Source: Angustibacter luteus | GTDB lineage: Bacteria; Actinomycetota; Actinomycetes; Actinomycetales; Angustibacteraceae | Length of the DNA: 64,000 nucleotides | Assembly (NCBI RefSeq): GCF_039541115.1 | Contig: NZ_BAABFP010000005.1 | Span: 62,001-126,000, forward strand | Direction: 5' to 3' | In this document: positions 44,788-56,315 of the stretch, piece after piece | How positions within the stretch are numbered: position 1 is the stretch's first letter | Layout: every line of letters starts with the position of its first letter | The notes under the pieces: model-generated | Told to the model about the DNA's origin: nothing | The model's input: the letters and a program-made list of their open reading frames with translations, nothing else | The model's database searches: none | Position numbers and translations under genes: made by a program

Positions 44788-46062
44788 ATGAGCCGGCGCC
44801 AGATCACCGCGGCCCACCGCCCGCAGGACGCGGACGACACGGGCTGCACGATCTTGCACGCCGACATGGACGCCTTCTACGCGTCGGTGTCCCTGCTGGA
44901 GCGGCCCGAGCTCGTCGGCACCCCGGTGATCATCGGCGGTTCCGGCAGCCGGGGTGTCGTGCTGTCCGCGACGTACGAGGCCCGCACGTTCGGCGTGCAC
45001 GCCGCGATGCCGATGTCCCGGGCCCGCCGGCTGTGCCCGCGCGCGGTCGTGATCGAGCCCGACCACAGCCGGTACGCCACGGTGTCGCGCGGGGTGATGG
45101 CGGTGTTCGCCGACGTCACCCCGTACGTCGAGCCGCTGTCCCTGGACGAGGCGTTCCTGGACGTCGCCGGCTCGGTCAGGAGGCTCGGCCGCCCGCGCGA
45201 GATCGCCCAGCACATCCGCGACCGGGTGCACGACGAGCAGGGCGTCGCGGTGTCGGTCGGGGTGGCGTCCACGAAGTTCGTCGCCAAGCTGGCCTCCGGG
45301 CTGGCCAAGCCGGACGGGCTGTTCGTCGTCCCGGCCGAGCAAACCCTGCAGGTGCTGCACCCGCTGCCGGTGGGCGCGCTGTGGGGCGTGGGGGAGAAGA
45401 CCGAGGAGACGCTGCACCGGTACGGACTGCGCACCGTCGGCGACCTCGCGCACACGCCGGTGGACACCCTGCGCCGAGCGCTGGGCCAAGCCGTCGGCAC
45501 CCAGCTGTTCGAGCTGTCCTGGGGGCGGGACCCGCGCAGCGTCGTCCCGGTGCAGAGCGAACGCAGCATCGGCAACGAGGAGACCTTCGCGCACGACGTC
45601 GACGACCCCCAGGTGATCCGCCGCGAGCTGCTCCGGCTGTCCGAGCGCACCGCGGCCCGCCTCCGGTCAGCCGGTCAGGTCGGCAAGACCGTGTCCATCA
45701 AGGTCCGGTTCGCGGACTTCACGACCATCACCCGGGCCCGCACCCTGCCGCAGGCGACCGACGTCGCCCGCGAGGTGTACGCCACGGCGAGCACCTTGTA
45801 CGACGCCCTGGGGCTGCAGCGCAGCCGCATCCGACTCGTCGGCGTCCGGGTCGAGGGACTGCAGCCCGCCGAGCAGCAGCAGCGCCAGCTCGCCCTGGAC
45901 GACAAGCCCTTCGGGTGGCGTGACGCCGAGCGCGCGGTCGACCGGGCCAGCGCCCGGTTCGGCGCGGGCAGCGTCCGGCCGGCCAGCCTGGTGGACCCGG
46001 AACGAGCCGCTTCAGGGCCCGGTGAGGGGGACCAGCCAGGCGCTGGTCGGGGGTCCCGGTGA
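44788..46062 (+). CDS. dinB: DNA polymerase IV (Y-family)
   Basis: HADMDAFYAS, YEAR.FGV, SLDEAFLD, KPDG; C-terminal QLALD clamp-like motif. Confidence 0.95.
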   Translation: MSRRQITAAHRPQDADDTGCTILHADMDAFYASVSLLERPELVGTPVIIGGSGSRGVVLSATYEARTFGVHAAMPMSRARRLCPRAVVIEPDHSRYATVSRGVMAVFADVTPYVEPLSLDEAFLDVAGSVRRLGRPREIAQHIRDRVHDEQGVAVSVGVASTKFVAKLASGLAKPDGLFVVPAEQTLQVLHPLPVGALWGVGEKTEETLHRYGLRTVGDLAHTPVDTLRRALGQAVGTQLFELSWGRDPRSVVPVQSERSIGNEETFAHDVDDPQVIRRELLRLSERTAARLRSAGQVGKTVSIKVRFADFTTITRARTLPQATDVAREVYATASTLYDALGLQRSRIRLVGVRVEGLQPAEQQQRQLALDDKPFGWRDAERAVDRASARFGAGSVRPASLVDPERAASGPGEGDQPGAGRGSR

Positions 46063-46210
46063 GGTCCGGTTGGTCCAGCTCAGCGAACCGATTCCCCGGT
46101 CCGCTTTCGCGCGGCCCCTGGGCGACCTATCCTGGGGATGCCAAGGATTGACGACGACCGCTCCACCAGCCGTCGTCCTCCATCGACTCAGTGCCACTGG
46201 GGAGGTCACC

Positions 46211-46642
46211 GTGCCGCTTTCCGAGCACGAGCAGCGGGTGCTCGAGCAGATGGAGCACGCGATGGAGGCCGAGGACCCGAAGTTCGCCACGGCCATGCGC
46301 GGGCGTACCCCGAAGGCGCGTCAGCGTCGCCGCATCATGGTGGGCAGCATCGGTGTCGTCGTCGGCCTCGTACTCGTCGTTCTCGGTGTCGCACAGGGGG
46401 TTGTCGCACTCGCCGTCGCTGGATTCGTCCTGATGCTCGGCGCCGGTGCGCTCGCCCTGACGCCCCCGCGCAAGCAGACGGCCAAGGGTGCAGCCACCCA
46501 CGCGCCGGGCCCGCTCGGGGCGGTGGCGCCGGACGGCAGCACCAAGCCGCGCAAGCAGCGGGCCGCGAAGGCGAACGGCTCGTTCATGCACCGCCTCGAG
46601 CAGCGCTGGGACCACCGCAAGGACCAGGGCCAGGGCTGGTAG
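46211..46642 (+). CDS. DUF3040 family membrane protein
   Basis: PLSEHEQRVLEQME...EDPKFA, two TM helices, FMHRLEQRW; GTG 46211 after GGAGG. Confidence 0.87.
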   Translation: MPLSEHEQRVLEQMEHAMEAEDPKFATAMRGRTPKARQRRRIMVGSIGVVVGLVLVVLGVAQGVVALAVAGFVLMLGAGALALTPPRKQTAKGAATHAPGPLGAVAPDGSTKPRKQRAAKANGSFMHRLEQRWDHRKDQGQGW

Positions 46643-46662
46643 AGCCAGCCCCACCGCGTCGT

Positions 46663-46692
46663 CGGCGCCCGGAGGCTTCCTTCCGGGCGCCG
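46663..46692. terminator. Bidirectional terminator hairpin between convergent genes
   Basis: CGGCGCCCGGA / TCCGGGCGCCG 11-bp stem. Confidence 0.7.
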
Positions 46693-46746
46693 CTTCATGT
46701 CCGATCTCGGCACGTCGGGTGCCGATCCCGCGCCGCCTCGAGGTGG

Positions 46747-49149
46747 CTAGCGCTCCTTCTTGTGCAGCCGCGGCTTGCGCAGCCGGTGCGTCGCGCGGGC
46801 GATGCGCTCGTCCCAGCCGCCGACGACACGGCCCAGCCGACGGCCGGCCATGCTGATCCGCGACGTCCCCGAGTGCGGGTAGAGCACGGCCCGCAGACGC
46901 TGCGAGCGCGGTCGCGTCCCGGAGACGGCTCGCACGACGGTGCGGACGTCCCCGCGCAGATCCCCGGCCTGGCTGCCGGGGCGGGCGTACCGCGCGCGTT
47001 CGACCGTCGTGGTGATCCGGGACAGAGCCGCCTGGGAGTCATCGGACAGGTCGGCGGCCGAGCGCAGCCGGTGGTCGACCTGTCGAGGGGTGAGCGCCAT
47101 CGACAGCGGGATGCCCAGGTCGGCGACCTGCTCGTGCAGGTCGGCCCACGAGGCCTCGGCATCCACGCCGTCCTGCGCGGCGCGGCGACGGCGGCGACGA
47201 CGTCCGAGCCACGCCGTCACCGGTGTGACCAGCAGGGCCGCGAGCAGCAGCAGGGCGATGCCGAGGACCTTGACTCCCAGCCCGAGGGACTGATCCTGCG
47301 CCTGCGTGCTGGCCGTGACGGCATCTACTTCGCCGGTGCGCTCGCGCGCCTCGGCGTCCTGCAGAGCGCCCACCCGGGGGTCGAGCGAGGCGGTGGACGT
47401 CGCGCCCGCCCCGGCGGTCGCGCCGCTCGTCGGGCCGCTGGTCGCGGAACCGGTGGCGCCGACCTGCGCCCAGATCGGGGCGGAGCCGGTGCGCGCGGCC
47501 GGGGTCGGCTCGAACCGAACCCACCCCACGTTCTGGAAGTACAGCTCGGGCCACGCGTGCGCGTCGGTGAGCTTGACCGTCCACCAGTTGTCCTCGGCGA
47601 CGGTGCCGGGCAGGAACCCGACCCCGATGCGGGCGGGGATGCCCAGCGAGCGAGCCATCACGGCCATCGCGGACGAGAACTGGATGCAGAAGCCCTTGCG
47701 CTCGCGCAGGAAGTCGGCCACGGCGTCGCCCCCGGAGTCCGAGGGTGCGTCCGTCGAGTAGGTGAACTTGCCACCGGTGCGGAACCACTCCTGCAGCGCC
47801 ATCGCCTGGTCGTACTGGTTGGTCAGGCCCTTGGTCACCGTGCGAGCGGTGTTCGCCACGACGTCCGGCAGGCTGCGGGGCAGGCGCGTGTAGGCCTGCA
47901 TCGACTGGTCCGGCAGGACCGGTGCGTTGCGCAGCTGGTCCACGGTCGGCCGCACGGCGAGGTACGTGACGCTGTAGTCCTTGCCCCGCACGGTCTCGCC
48001 GTCACCGATCACGTTCAGGGTGGACGCGTCGTACAGCCAGGCGCCCTTGATGTCGACTCGCTTGGTCGGGTACGGCAGCGGCAGGAAGTCCTGGTCGAGA
48101 CTCGAGCTCACCTCGACCTTCATCGTGTACTGGCTCTGCGATACCTCGGGGGACAGGCCGGGCGCGTTCGGCAGGCCCTGGCTGGCCCGGTTGCGCCGCG
48201 AGACGTCGCGGGTGCCGGGCTTCCAGGTGTTGCCGTCGAACGTGTCGGCGGTGACGATGCGCAGCGGCTGCACGTCGGCCTGCGTCGTGTTGTAGCGCAG
48301 GATCTCGATGTTGCGCCGCGGCGTCAGGTTGTCTCGCAGCGTCAGCACGGGGTTGATCACGGTCACCCCGTTCAGTCCCGTCGTCGTACCGCCGGAGCCA
48401 CCACGGGTGAGCAGGCCGTCGGAGACACCGGGCAGCGCTGCGGGAACGACCACCGCGAGGGCGATGGCAGCGAGCCCGACCCGTCGGCCGGTCGCGGCCA
48501 TCGCCGCGGTGTCGTTGCCGAACGTCTGGCGGCTGGCGCCGATACCCGAACCCCAGCGGGGAAGCAGTCGGCCCCAGCGCAGCACCCGGCTGCTCGCGTC
48601 GTGCGCGAGCAGCAGCAGCCAGCCCGTGGCGGCAGCGACGAAGTAGCGCCACTGCAACCCGTCGGGCACGACGGCTGCTGGAACCGCGTACAGCGCGAGC
48701 AACGGGATCCCCGCGGCGGCGGGCGCGCGCAGGCCGACGACGAGCAGGTCGACGAGCACGGCGATGGAGAGCACGCCGATGGCCAGGATCAGCGAGATGC
48801 CGTGCGACGTCGGGACCGGTGCGGCGTAGCGGTTGATGGTGTCCCCGCCGTCGGCCACCACGTCTCCCAGCCGGGCGATGGCGGCCGGGCCGGGCAGCAG
48901 CCCGGCGATCGCCGTCTCGCCGGCGAACACCGTGGTGAGCACGATGCCGCCGGCCGCCAGCTGGAGCGGGGCGACGAGCACCTTCGGGAAGCGCGCGGCC
49001 CGGGCGCCCATGCCGACGACCATCACCACGAGGATGAGGACGATGCACGGCCCCTGCCAGTCCTTGCCGTCGACGACCGGTGCGAGCGACCACGTGGTCA
49101 GCAGGGTGGCTAGCGCAGCCAGCACGGGAGCGAGTCGGTCCCTGGTCAT
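46747..49149 (-). CDS. Membrane transglutaminase-like protein (TgpA/DUF3488 type)
   Basis: N-terminal TM bundle; catalytic KGFCIQFSSAMAVMARSLGIPAR, DAHAWPELYF..GWVRFEPTP; start ATG 49149. Confidence 0.9.
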   Translation of the reverse strand: MTRDRLAPVLAALATLLTTWSLAPVVDGKDWQGPCIVLILVVMVVGMGARAARFPKVLVAPLQLAAGGIVLTTVFAGETAIAGLLPGPAAIARLGDVVADGGDTINRYAAPVPTSHGISLILAIGVLSIAVLVDLLVVGLRAPAAAGIPLLALYAVPAAVVPDGLQWRYFVAAATGWLLLLAHDASSRVLRWGRLLPRWGSGIGASRQTFGNDTAAMAATGRRVGLAAIALAVVVPAALPGVSDGLLTRGGSGGTTTGLNGVTVINPVLTLRDNLTPRRNIEILRYNTTQADVQPLRIVTADTFDGNTWKPGTRDVSRRNRASQGLPNAPGLSPEVSQSQYTMKVEVSSSLDQDFLPLPYPTKRVDIKGAWLYDASTLNVIGDGETVRGKDYSVTYLAVRPTVDQLRNAPVLPDQSMQAYTRLPRSLPDVVANTARTVTKGLTNQYDQAMALQEWFRTGGKFTYSTDAPSDSGGDAVADFLRERKGFCIQFSSAMAVMARSLGIPARIGVGFLPGTVAEDNWWTVKLTDAHAWPELYFQNVGWVRFEPTPAARTGSAPIWAQVGATGSATSGPTSGATAGAGATSTASLDPRVGALQDAEARERTGEVDAVTASTQAQDQSLGLGVKVLGIALLLLAALLVTPVTAWLGRRRRRRRAAQDGVDAEASWADLHEQVADLGIPLSMALTPRQVDHRLRSAADLSDDSQAALSRITTTVERARYARPGSQAGDLRGDVRTVVRAVSGTRPRSQRLRAVLYPHSGTSRISMAGRRLGRVVGGWDERIARATHRLRKPRLHKKER

Positions 49150-50471
49150 CGCCGGGCCCCCCCGACCGTGCGACCGGCGCCGATCCGTCGCCAGGTGTGA
49201 TCCAGCGGCTCCTGGCTGCGCACCGGCACGACGTCCCAGCCGGCGGCCCTCAGCTGCTCGACCTGCGCCATCGTGCGGGCCGACACCTCCGCGCGCAGCG
49301 TGGCGTCGTTGATGGCCGACGTGGTGTCGGCGACCAGGGCGATGCAGTTGGTGCCCGCCTGGTGCAGGCTCGCGAGCAGCGAGGTGTCCTGCGCGTCGAT
49401 CTCGCCGAGCGCGGCGACGACGAGGCCGCCCGTGGCGGCCCGAGCCGCGGCGTGCACGGCTCGTCGCAGCTCGATCTCGCCGCCGGCGCTCACGGCGGAC
49501 AACGTGTCCAGGACGGCCGACGAGGTGGACTCGCCGCCGCTCGAGATGTGCGCCCAGGGGTTCGCCGACTCCTGACCCTCGGTGCCGTCCACCATGCGCA
49601 CCGCGTAGCCGCGGGCGGCCAGGTGCACCGCGACGGAGCCGATGGCCGAGACCGCCCACTCGAAGCTGGAGGCGCTGCCGTCGCCGCGGTGGGCCGCCCG
49701 GCGGCGGTCCAGCAGCAGGGTGGCCCGGCTCTGCCAGGGCTGCTCCTCGCGGCGGACCATGAGCTCGCCGCGACGGGCGGTGGATCGCCAGTGCACCCGC
49801 CGCAGGTCGTCGCCCTGGTGGTACTCGCGGGTCGTGACGTCGTCCTCCCCGGAGGCCGAGACGGCCCGCGGCCGGCTGTCGCCCGACCCGCTCCAGTCGC
49901 CCGGGAGCTGCACCGGGGGGAGTGCCACCACCCGCGGGATGACGATCAGCTGGTCTCGTGCGGTGAACGAGCGGCGGTGCTCACCCATGCCGAACGGGTC
50001 CGTGAGGGTCAGGCTGAGCGGGCCGATCAGGAAGCGGCCACGGACGTCCGAGCGCACCGGGTAGCTGACGGCTCGGCGCTCGCCGGGCTCCAGCCCGGGC
50101 AGGACGAATCGCGGGCGGGTGCCGAGCGTGTAGGGCACCTGCTCCTCGGCCAGGACCATGCCGCAACGCGTGCTGGACACGTTGGCCACCTCGAGCACCA
50201 CCTGGGACGCCTTGCCCACCTCGACCCGGACCGGGGAGACCGACCGGGAGCAGGCGAGCCGGTAGCGCGACCGGCCCAGCACCACGACGGTCAGCACGGG
50301 AACGAGGGCGAGCAGCACCCCGACCCGCAGCAGGTCCTGCTGGCCGAGCACGACTGCGCACAACGCGCACGTGAGGCCGGCCGCGAGCACTGCGCGACCC
50401 CGCGTGGTGAGCCGCGACAGCGGCCCGAGCAGGGTGCGGCCGAGCTTGCGGCGAGAGGCGCGCAGGGTCAC
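49146..50471 (-). CDS. DUF58 domain-containing protein
   Basis: [29 protein letters not shown]. Confidence 0.92.
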   Translation of the reverse strand: MTLRASRRKLGRTLLGPLSRLTTRGRAVLAAGLTCALCAVVLGQQDLLRVGVLLALVPVLTVVVLGRSRYRLACSRSVSPVRVEVGKASQVVLEVANVSSTRCGMVLAEEQVPYTLGTRPRFVLPGLEPGERRAVSYPVRSDVRGRFLIGPLSLTLTDPFGMGEHRRSFTARDQLIVIPRVVALPPVQLPGDWSGSGDSRPRAVSASGEDDVTTREYHQGDDLRRVHWRSTARRGELMVRREEQPWQSRATLLLDRRRAAHRGDGSASSFEWAVSAIGSVAVHLAARGYAVRMVDGTEGQESANPWAHISSGGESTSSAVLDTLSAVSAGGEIELRRAVHAAARAATGGLVVAALGEIDAQDTSLLASLHQAGTNCIALVADTTSAINDATLRAEVSARTMAQVEQLRAAGWDVVPVRSQEPLDHTWRRIGAGRTVGGARR

Positions 50472-50481
50472 CGTGGGGCCG

Positions 50482-51471
<990 letters not shown>

Positions 51472-51492
51472 GGGGCCTCCTGCATCGGGCTT

Positions 51493-51562
51493 CTGACCAT
51501 CTGCTGCTGACCATCGGCTACTGACCATCGGCTACTGACTCGCGCACTGCTGACTCGCTCAC
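51493..51562. repeat. 14-15-bp tandem repeat CTGACCATCGGCTA-like, about 5 copies, in the moxR leader
   Basis: ctgaccatctgctg ctgaccatcggcta ctgaccatcggcta ctgactcgcgcactg ctgactcgctcac. Confidence 0.75.
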
Positions 51563-52027
51563 GGCGAAGACGCACGTCGATCCATTGTCGGCGCGAACAC
51601 CCCACCTGGCGAGAGTGAAGTCTGGCACCGACCAGGGACATCGGGCAGTCACGACGTACCGTCCCGTGTCCTGTCCGTTCCCTTTTCGTGTCCTGACGTC
51701 CGGTTCGTCTGGCCAGGTCACCCGGATGGAGCAGCAACCCGCCGTCACAACGTGTACGGGTGCCAAGCGGTTCCGGTTCGAACGCGGCGTGATTCTCTCG
51801 CGCCGGGGCGGGCCTCCACTTCGCTCCACGGTCGGCCCCGGCCGCGCGGCTCGGCGCCCACCTGAAGCCGACGACGTGCTCAGCAGTTCGGCTCCCACCG
51901 TGAGCGGGGTGGCTGATCCGCGCCGTCGGCGCCGATCGCCCTCCACCCGCGAGATGTCCGTTTCATCCCTGCTGACCTGCGGTTTTGTCGTGCCGTGACC
52001 TTCCCCAAATGGCCGAACCTGCTTGAC

Positions 52028-52076
52028 CGGGGAGTGAAGTGGAGTAATGTGGAGGACGTCGGAGGGATGGGGGGAT
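52028..52076 (+). promoter_or_regulatory. MraZ-binding direct repeats in the dcw promoter
   Basis: GGAG recurs at exact 10-bp periodicity (52031, 52041, 52051, 52061), two copies as GTGGAG. Confidence 0.7.
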
Positions 52077-52143
52077 CTCGCCGGCAGGTCGGTGCAGGGT
52101 CGGCAGGCGGTTCAGGTCCGCGGTTCGGGGAGGGAGGTGCGTG

Positions 52144-52575
52144 ATGTTCCTTGGCACGCACTCGCCCAAGCTGGACGACAAGGGCCGGCTGATCCTGCCC
52201 GCGAAGTTCCGCGACAAGCTCGCCGGTGGCCTGGTGGTCACCCGCGGTCAGGAGCGGTGCCTGTACGTCTTCGCGATGGACGAGTTCGGCCGGGTCGCGG
52301 AGCAGCTGAGGTCCGCACCCGTCACCAGTCGTGCGGTGCGCGACTACCTGCGCGTGTTCCTGTCCGGCGCGAGCGACGAGGTGCCGGACAAGCAGGGCCG
52401 GGTCACCATCCCGACCGTGCTGCGCGAGTACGCCGGTCTGGGGCGCGACCTCGCGGTCATCGGGACCGGCGCCCGCATCGAGATCTGGGACGCGACCGCC
52501 TGGAACGACTACCTCGCCGCCAGCGAGCAGGCCTTCTCCGAGCAGGCGGAAGAGGTGGTCCCGGGACTGCTCTGA
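52144..52575 (+). CDS. mraZ: Transcriptional regulator MraZ
   Basis: [22 protein letters not shown], second DKQGR motif, IEIWD. Confidence 0.97.
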   Translation: MFLGTHSPKLDDKGRLILPAKFRDKLAGGLVVTRGQERCLYVFAMDEFGRVAEQLRSAPVTSRAVRDYLRVFLSGASDEVPDKQGRVTIPTVLREYAGLGRDLAVIGTGARIEIWDATAWNDYLAASEQAFSEQAEEVVPGLL

Positions 52576-52610
52576 CCCGCACCGACCCGCTGCCCACCCG
52601 TCTGCCCCAT

Positions 52611-52706
52611 CCGTCAGTCCTGGTCTCCACCCGCTCCCGCTGTCCTGGCGCACCTTCCCCGGTGCCAGGCCGAACCCTCGGAGCGGTTGGGGACCAGGCC
52701 GGACGG
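52611..52706 (+). ncRNA. mraW RNA motif (actinobacterial cis-element)
   Basis: Between mraZ and rsmH/mraW: nested hairpin CCTGGTC/GACCAGG, CCGCTC/GAGCGG, CCTGGCGC/GTGCCAGG with terminal loop CTTCCCC (52654-52660), the hallmark of this motif. Confidence 0.8.
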
Positions 52707-52758
52707 CCGCAGGACCCAGCCGACAGCTCGACCCGACCCCCTGACGAGAGGAACGACC

Positions 52759-53736
52759 ATGACGCGGACCGGCGACGCCGCCTCGCGGCACGCGCCGGTC
52801 ATGCTGTCGCGCATCGTGTCGCTGCTCGCGCCCGCACTCGGCGAGCCGGGCGCGGTCGTCGTCGACGGAACGCTGGGGATGGGTGGGCACGCCGAGGCGT
52901 TGCTGACGGCCTGCCCGGACGCCGTCCTGGTCGGGATCGACCGCGACCGGGAGGCGCTGGCACTGGCGGGGGAGCGGCTCACCCCGTTCGGGGACCGGGT
53001 CCGCCTGGTGCACGCGGTGTACGACGAGATCGGTGAGGTCCTCGACCGGCTCGGTCTCGGACCGGTGGCCGGGGTCCTGCTCGACCTCGGTGTCTCGTCG
53101 CTGCAGCTCGACGAGGACGACCGCGGCTTCGCCTACCGGGTGGATGCACCGCTGGACATGCGGATGGACGCGGGCGAGGACCTGACCGCCGCCGAGGTGC
53201 TCAACACCTACGACGCCGGGGACCTCACCCGCATCCTGCGCGAGTACGGCGAGGAGCGGTTCGCCCGGCGGATCGCCGCGGCAGTGGTCCGCGAACGCGC
53301 CGTCGAGCCCTTCACGACGTCCGCCCGGCTGGTCGAGCTCGTCCGGGCCAACGTGCCGGCGGCGACGCGGCACAAGGGCGGCAACCCGGCCAAGCGCACC
53401 TTCCAGGCTCTGCGCATCGAGGTCAACGGTGAGCTGGACGCCCTGGCAGCGGCCCTCCCGGCCGCTGTGGACGCGCTGGCCGTCGGTGGCCGGATCGCCG
53501 TCCTGGCGTACCACTCGCTCGAGGACCGCATGGTCAAGCGCGAGCTGGCCGCGGGGGCGCACAGCAGTGCACCGCCGGACCTGCCGGTGGAGCTGCCCCA
53601 GCACGCGCCGTACCTGCGCCTGCTGACCCGCGGCGCCGAGGTGCCGGACGCAGACGAGCTGGAGACGAACTCCCGGGCCGCCTCCGCGCGGTTGCGGGCC
53701 GCGGAACGGACCCGCCCCGGAAGGAGCGCAGCATGA
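52759..53736 (+). CDS. rsmH: 16S rRNA m4C1402 methyltransferase RsmH (MraW)
   Basis: [48 protein letters not shown]. Confidence 0.97.
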   Translation: MTRTGDAASRHAPVMLSRIVSLLAPALGEPGAVVVDGTLGMGGHAEALLTACPDAVLVGIDRDREALALAGERLTPFGDRVRLVHAVYDEIGEVLDRLGLGPVAGVLLDLGVSSLQLDEDDRGFAYRVDAPLDMRMDAGEDLTAAEVLNTYDAGDLTRILREYGEERFARRIAAAVVRERAVEPFTTSARLVELVRANVPAATRHKGGNPAKRTFQALRIEVNGELDALAAALPAAVDALAVGGRIAVLAYHSLEDRMVKRELAAGAHSSAPPDLPVELPQHAPYLRLLTRGAEVPDADELETNSRAASARLRAAERTRPGRSAA

Positions 53737-54308
53737 GCCAGACCCTCGCCGCCACGGCGCACCGGCGCTCCGCGTCCGCCACCGGTACCCCGACCCCGAC
53801 CGCCCGCCCCACCCCCCGCGCCCCGCGAGCGAGCCTGCGGGTCGTGCACGCGCCGGCGGTCGACCGCGGCCGGACGGCCTTCGTGATCGGCTGCATGCTG
53901 CTCCTGGTCGGCGGCCTGCTGGGGCTGCTGATGATCAACACTGCGCTCGCCCAGGGCTCGTTCACCCTGCACGACCTGCAGGAGCGCTCCGACGAGCTCG
54001 GCGACCAGCAGCAGTCGCTGCGCCAGTCCATCGACAGCCAGGCCGCCCCGGAGCGACTGGCCAGCCGGGCCAGGGCCCTGGGCATGGTGCCGTCGCAGGG
54101 GGCGGCCTTCGTGCTCCTGCCCGACGGGCGGCTGGTCGGCGTGGCGACCCGGGCGACAGCCCCTCCGGCGCCTACCGTGAAGGCGACGGGCGCGGCTGCC
54201 CCGACGGCCACCGCGGGCGTGACGACCAAGCCCAAGAACGCGGCGAAGCCGACGAAGACGACCGGACAGCACGCCACGGCCACCGCCGGGGCCACGAGAA
54301 CGAGGTGA
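53733..54308 (+). CDS. ftsL: Cell division protein FtsL-like
   Basis: Single TM, coiled coil, ARALGMVP; position between rsmH and ftsI. Confidence 0.75.
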   Translation: MSQTLAATAHRRSASATGTPTPTARPTPRAPRASLRVVHAPAVDRGRTAFVIGCMLLLVGGLLGLLMINTALAQGSFTLHDLQERSDELGDQQQSLRQSIDSQAAPERLASRARALGMVPSQGAAFVLLPDGRLVGVATRATAPPAPTVKATGAAAPTATAGVTTKPKNAAKPTKTTGQHATATAGATRTR

Positions 54309-56305
54309 GGGTGGACGCCAAGGGGGCACGCGGCTCCGCCCGTTCCGGCACCCCCAACCGGGTGCCCGCCCAGCGCAAGCCCGCCGCCCGTTCGGCGAGC
54401 CGGACCACCACCCGTCCGACCCCTCGCTCGACCACCCGCCCGGCCGCGCAGCGCTCGGCCCGGGCGGCCGGGCGGCCGGCGTCCCAGCAGCGCGGCGGAC
54501 GTCGTCCGCCGCCTCCGCCTGCTCGCCGCCCCAAATTGGGGCATCCGCAGCGCCGGGCGCGCGCCATGTTCATCGGGGTCTGCTTCGTCCTGAGCCTGTT
54601 CGCGGTGCAGCTGCTGCGGTTGCAGGCGCTGGACGCGTCCGCGATGGCCGAGCAGGCTCTCGGCAGCCGGCTGACCACCGTGCCGGTGTCGGCCGCCCGC
54701 GGCGAGATCGTGGACCGCAGCGGCGTCGTGCTGGCCACCAGCCTGGAGCGCTACAACGTCACCGTCGACCAGACGACCGTGCAGCTCTACAAGAAGTACG
54801 AGCGGGATCCGGTCACCGGCAAGAAGCATGAGGTCACGTTGGGGATCGCCGGTGCCGCTGCCGCGCTGGCACCGGTGCTCGGGATGGACGTCGCGACCGT
54901 CGAGGCCAAGCTCACCGGCACCCGGCGCTTCGCCTACATCACCAAGGGGGTCACCCCCGAGGTGTGGCGCAAGGTGGACGCCCTCGGCGTGACCGGGATC
55001 TACCCCGAGCGCACCACCCAGCGGTCCTACCCGGCGGACGGCGTCGGCGCCTCCGTCGTCGGGTTCGTCGGGAAGGACAACACGCCGCTCGCCGGCCTCG
55101 AGCTCAAGCTGAACAAGCTGCTCACCGGGACGCCCGGCAGCCAGACGTACGAGCGCGACCCGCAGGGTCGGCACATCCCGACCGGCGACATCGCGCAGAA
55201 GGCCGCGGTGCCGGGCAGCACCGTGCAGCTGACCCTCGACCGCGACCTGCAGTGGAAGGCCGAGCAGGCGCTCGCCGCCAAGGTCAAGGAGACCGGCGCC
55301 CTGTCCGGGACGGTCGTCGTGATGTCGGTGGACGGCAGGATCCTGGCGCTGGCGAACGCCCCGACGTTCGACCCGAACGTGCCGGCGCAGAGCAAGCCGG
55401 CGAACCTGTCCAACCGCGCACTGTCCGAGGTCTACGAGCCCGGCTCGACCAGCAAGGTGATGACCGCCGCCGCCGCACTCGAGGAAGGCGTCGTCACCCC
55501 GTCGACGCCCTTCGAGGTGCCCGGCGAGATCCACCGGGCCGGCAAGGTCTTCCACGACTCCCACGCGCACGCCGTCGAGGCCCTGACGTTCGCCGGGGTG
55601 CTGGCGAAGTCCAGCAACGTCGGCACGATCATGGCCGGCGAGAAGCTCGCGCCGACGACCATGTACTCCTACCTGAACAAGTTCGGCATCGGGCAGCCCT
55701 CCGGTCTGGCCTTCCCCGGCGAGAGCCGGGGCATCCTGGCCCAGCCGCAGGACTGGAGCGGGTCGCAGCGGTACACGGTGCTCTTCGGCCAGGGCCTGTC
55801 GGTGAACGCGGTGCAGGCGGCCGGGGTCTACCAGACCATCGCCAACGACGGCGTGCGGGTGCAGCCCGAGCTGGTGGCCGGCACCGTCGACGCCAACGGC
55901 ACCCTGAAGCCGGCCGCGGCCCCGAAGCAGACGCGGGTGGTCAGCGCCAAGACGGCGGCCACCCTGCGCCGGATGCTCGAGGGCGTGGTCAGCAAGGACG
56001 GCACCGCGCCCGAGGCCAAAATCGCCGGGTACCGGGTGGCCGGCAAGACGGGTACGGCGCAGCGCTTCGACCCGACGTGCGGCTGCTACCGCGGCTACAC
56101 CGGCTCCTTCATCGGCATGGCCCCCGCGGACGACCCCCAGCTGGTCGTCGCGGTCACCCTGCAGCGTCCGGTCCGTGGGTACTTCGGCGGCACGGTCGCC
56201 GCGCCGGTGTTCAAGGACGTGATGACCTACGCGCTGCAGAAGATGCAGATCCCGCCGACCGGGTCGAAGTCGCCCACGATCCGGCTCACCCCGAAGGACC
56301 GGTAG
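54305..56305 (+). CDS. ftsI: Peptidoglycan D,D-transpeptidase FtsI (PBP3)
   Basis: RGEIVDR, EPGSTSK (SxxK), SSN, KTGTAQ. Confidence 0.95.
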   Translation: MRVDAKGARGSARSGTPNRVPAQRKPAARSASRTTTRPTPRSTTRPAAQRSARAAGRPASQQRGGRRPPPPPARRPKLGHPQRRARAMFIGVCFVLSLFAVQLLRLQALDASAMAEQALGSRLTTVPVSAARGEIVDRSGVVLATSLERYNVTVDQTTVQLYKKYERDPVTGKKHEVTLGIAGAAAALAPVLGMDVATVEAKLTGTRRFAYITKGVTPEVWRKVDALGVTGIYPERTTQRSYPADGVGASVVGFVGKDNTPLAGLELKLNKLLTGTPGSQTYERDPQGRHIPTGDIAQKAAVPGSTVQLTLDRDLQWKAEQALAAKVKETGALSGTVVVMSVDGRILALANAPTFDPNVPAQSKPANLSNRALSEVYEPGSTSKVMTAAAALEEGVVTPSTPFEVPGEIHRAGKVFHDSHAHAVEALTFAGVLAKSSNVGTIMAGEKLAPTTMYSYLNKFGIGQPSGLAFPGESRGILAQPQDWSGSQRYTVLFGQGLSVNAVQAAGVYQTIANDGVRVQPELVAGTVDANGTLKPAAAPKQTRVVSAKTAATLRRMLEGVVSKDGTAPEAKIAGYRVAGKTGTAQRFDPTCGCYRGYTGSFIGMAPADDPQLVVAVTLQRPVRGYFGGTVAAPVFKDVMTYALQKMQIPPTGSKSPTIRLTPKDR

Positions 56306-56315
56306 CCTCGCCACC

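Noticed and set aside
51563..52020. Small ORFs or ncRNA in the moxR-mraZ intergenic region
   Set aside because: Track ORFs here have atypical composition and no RBS; I found no convincing conserved structure. Most likely divergent promoter DNA.
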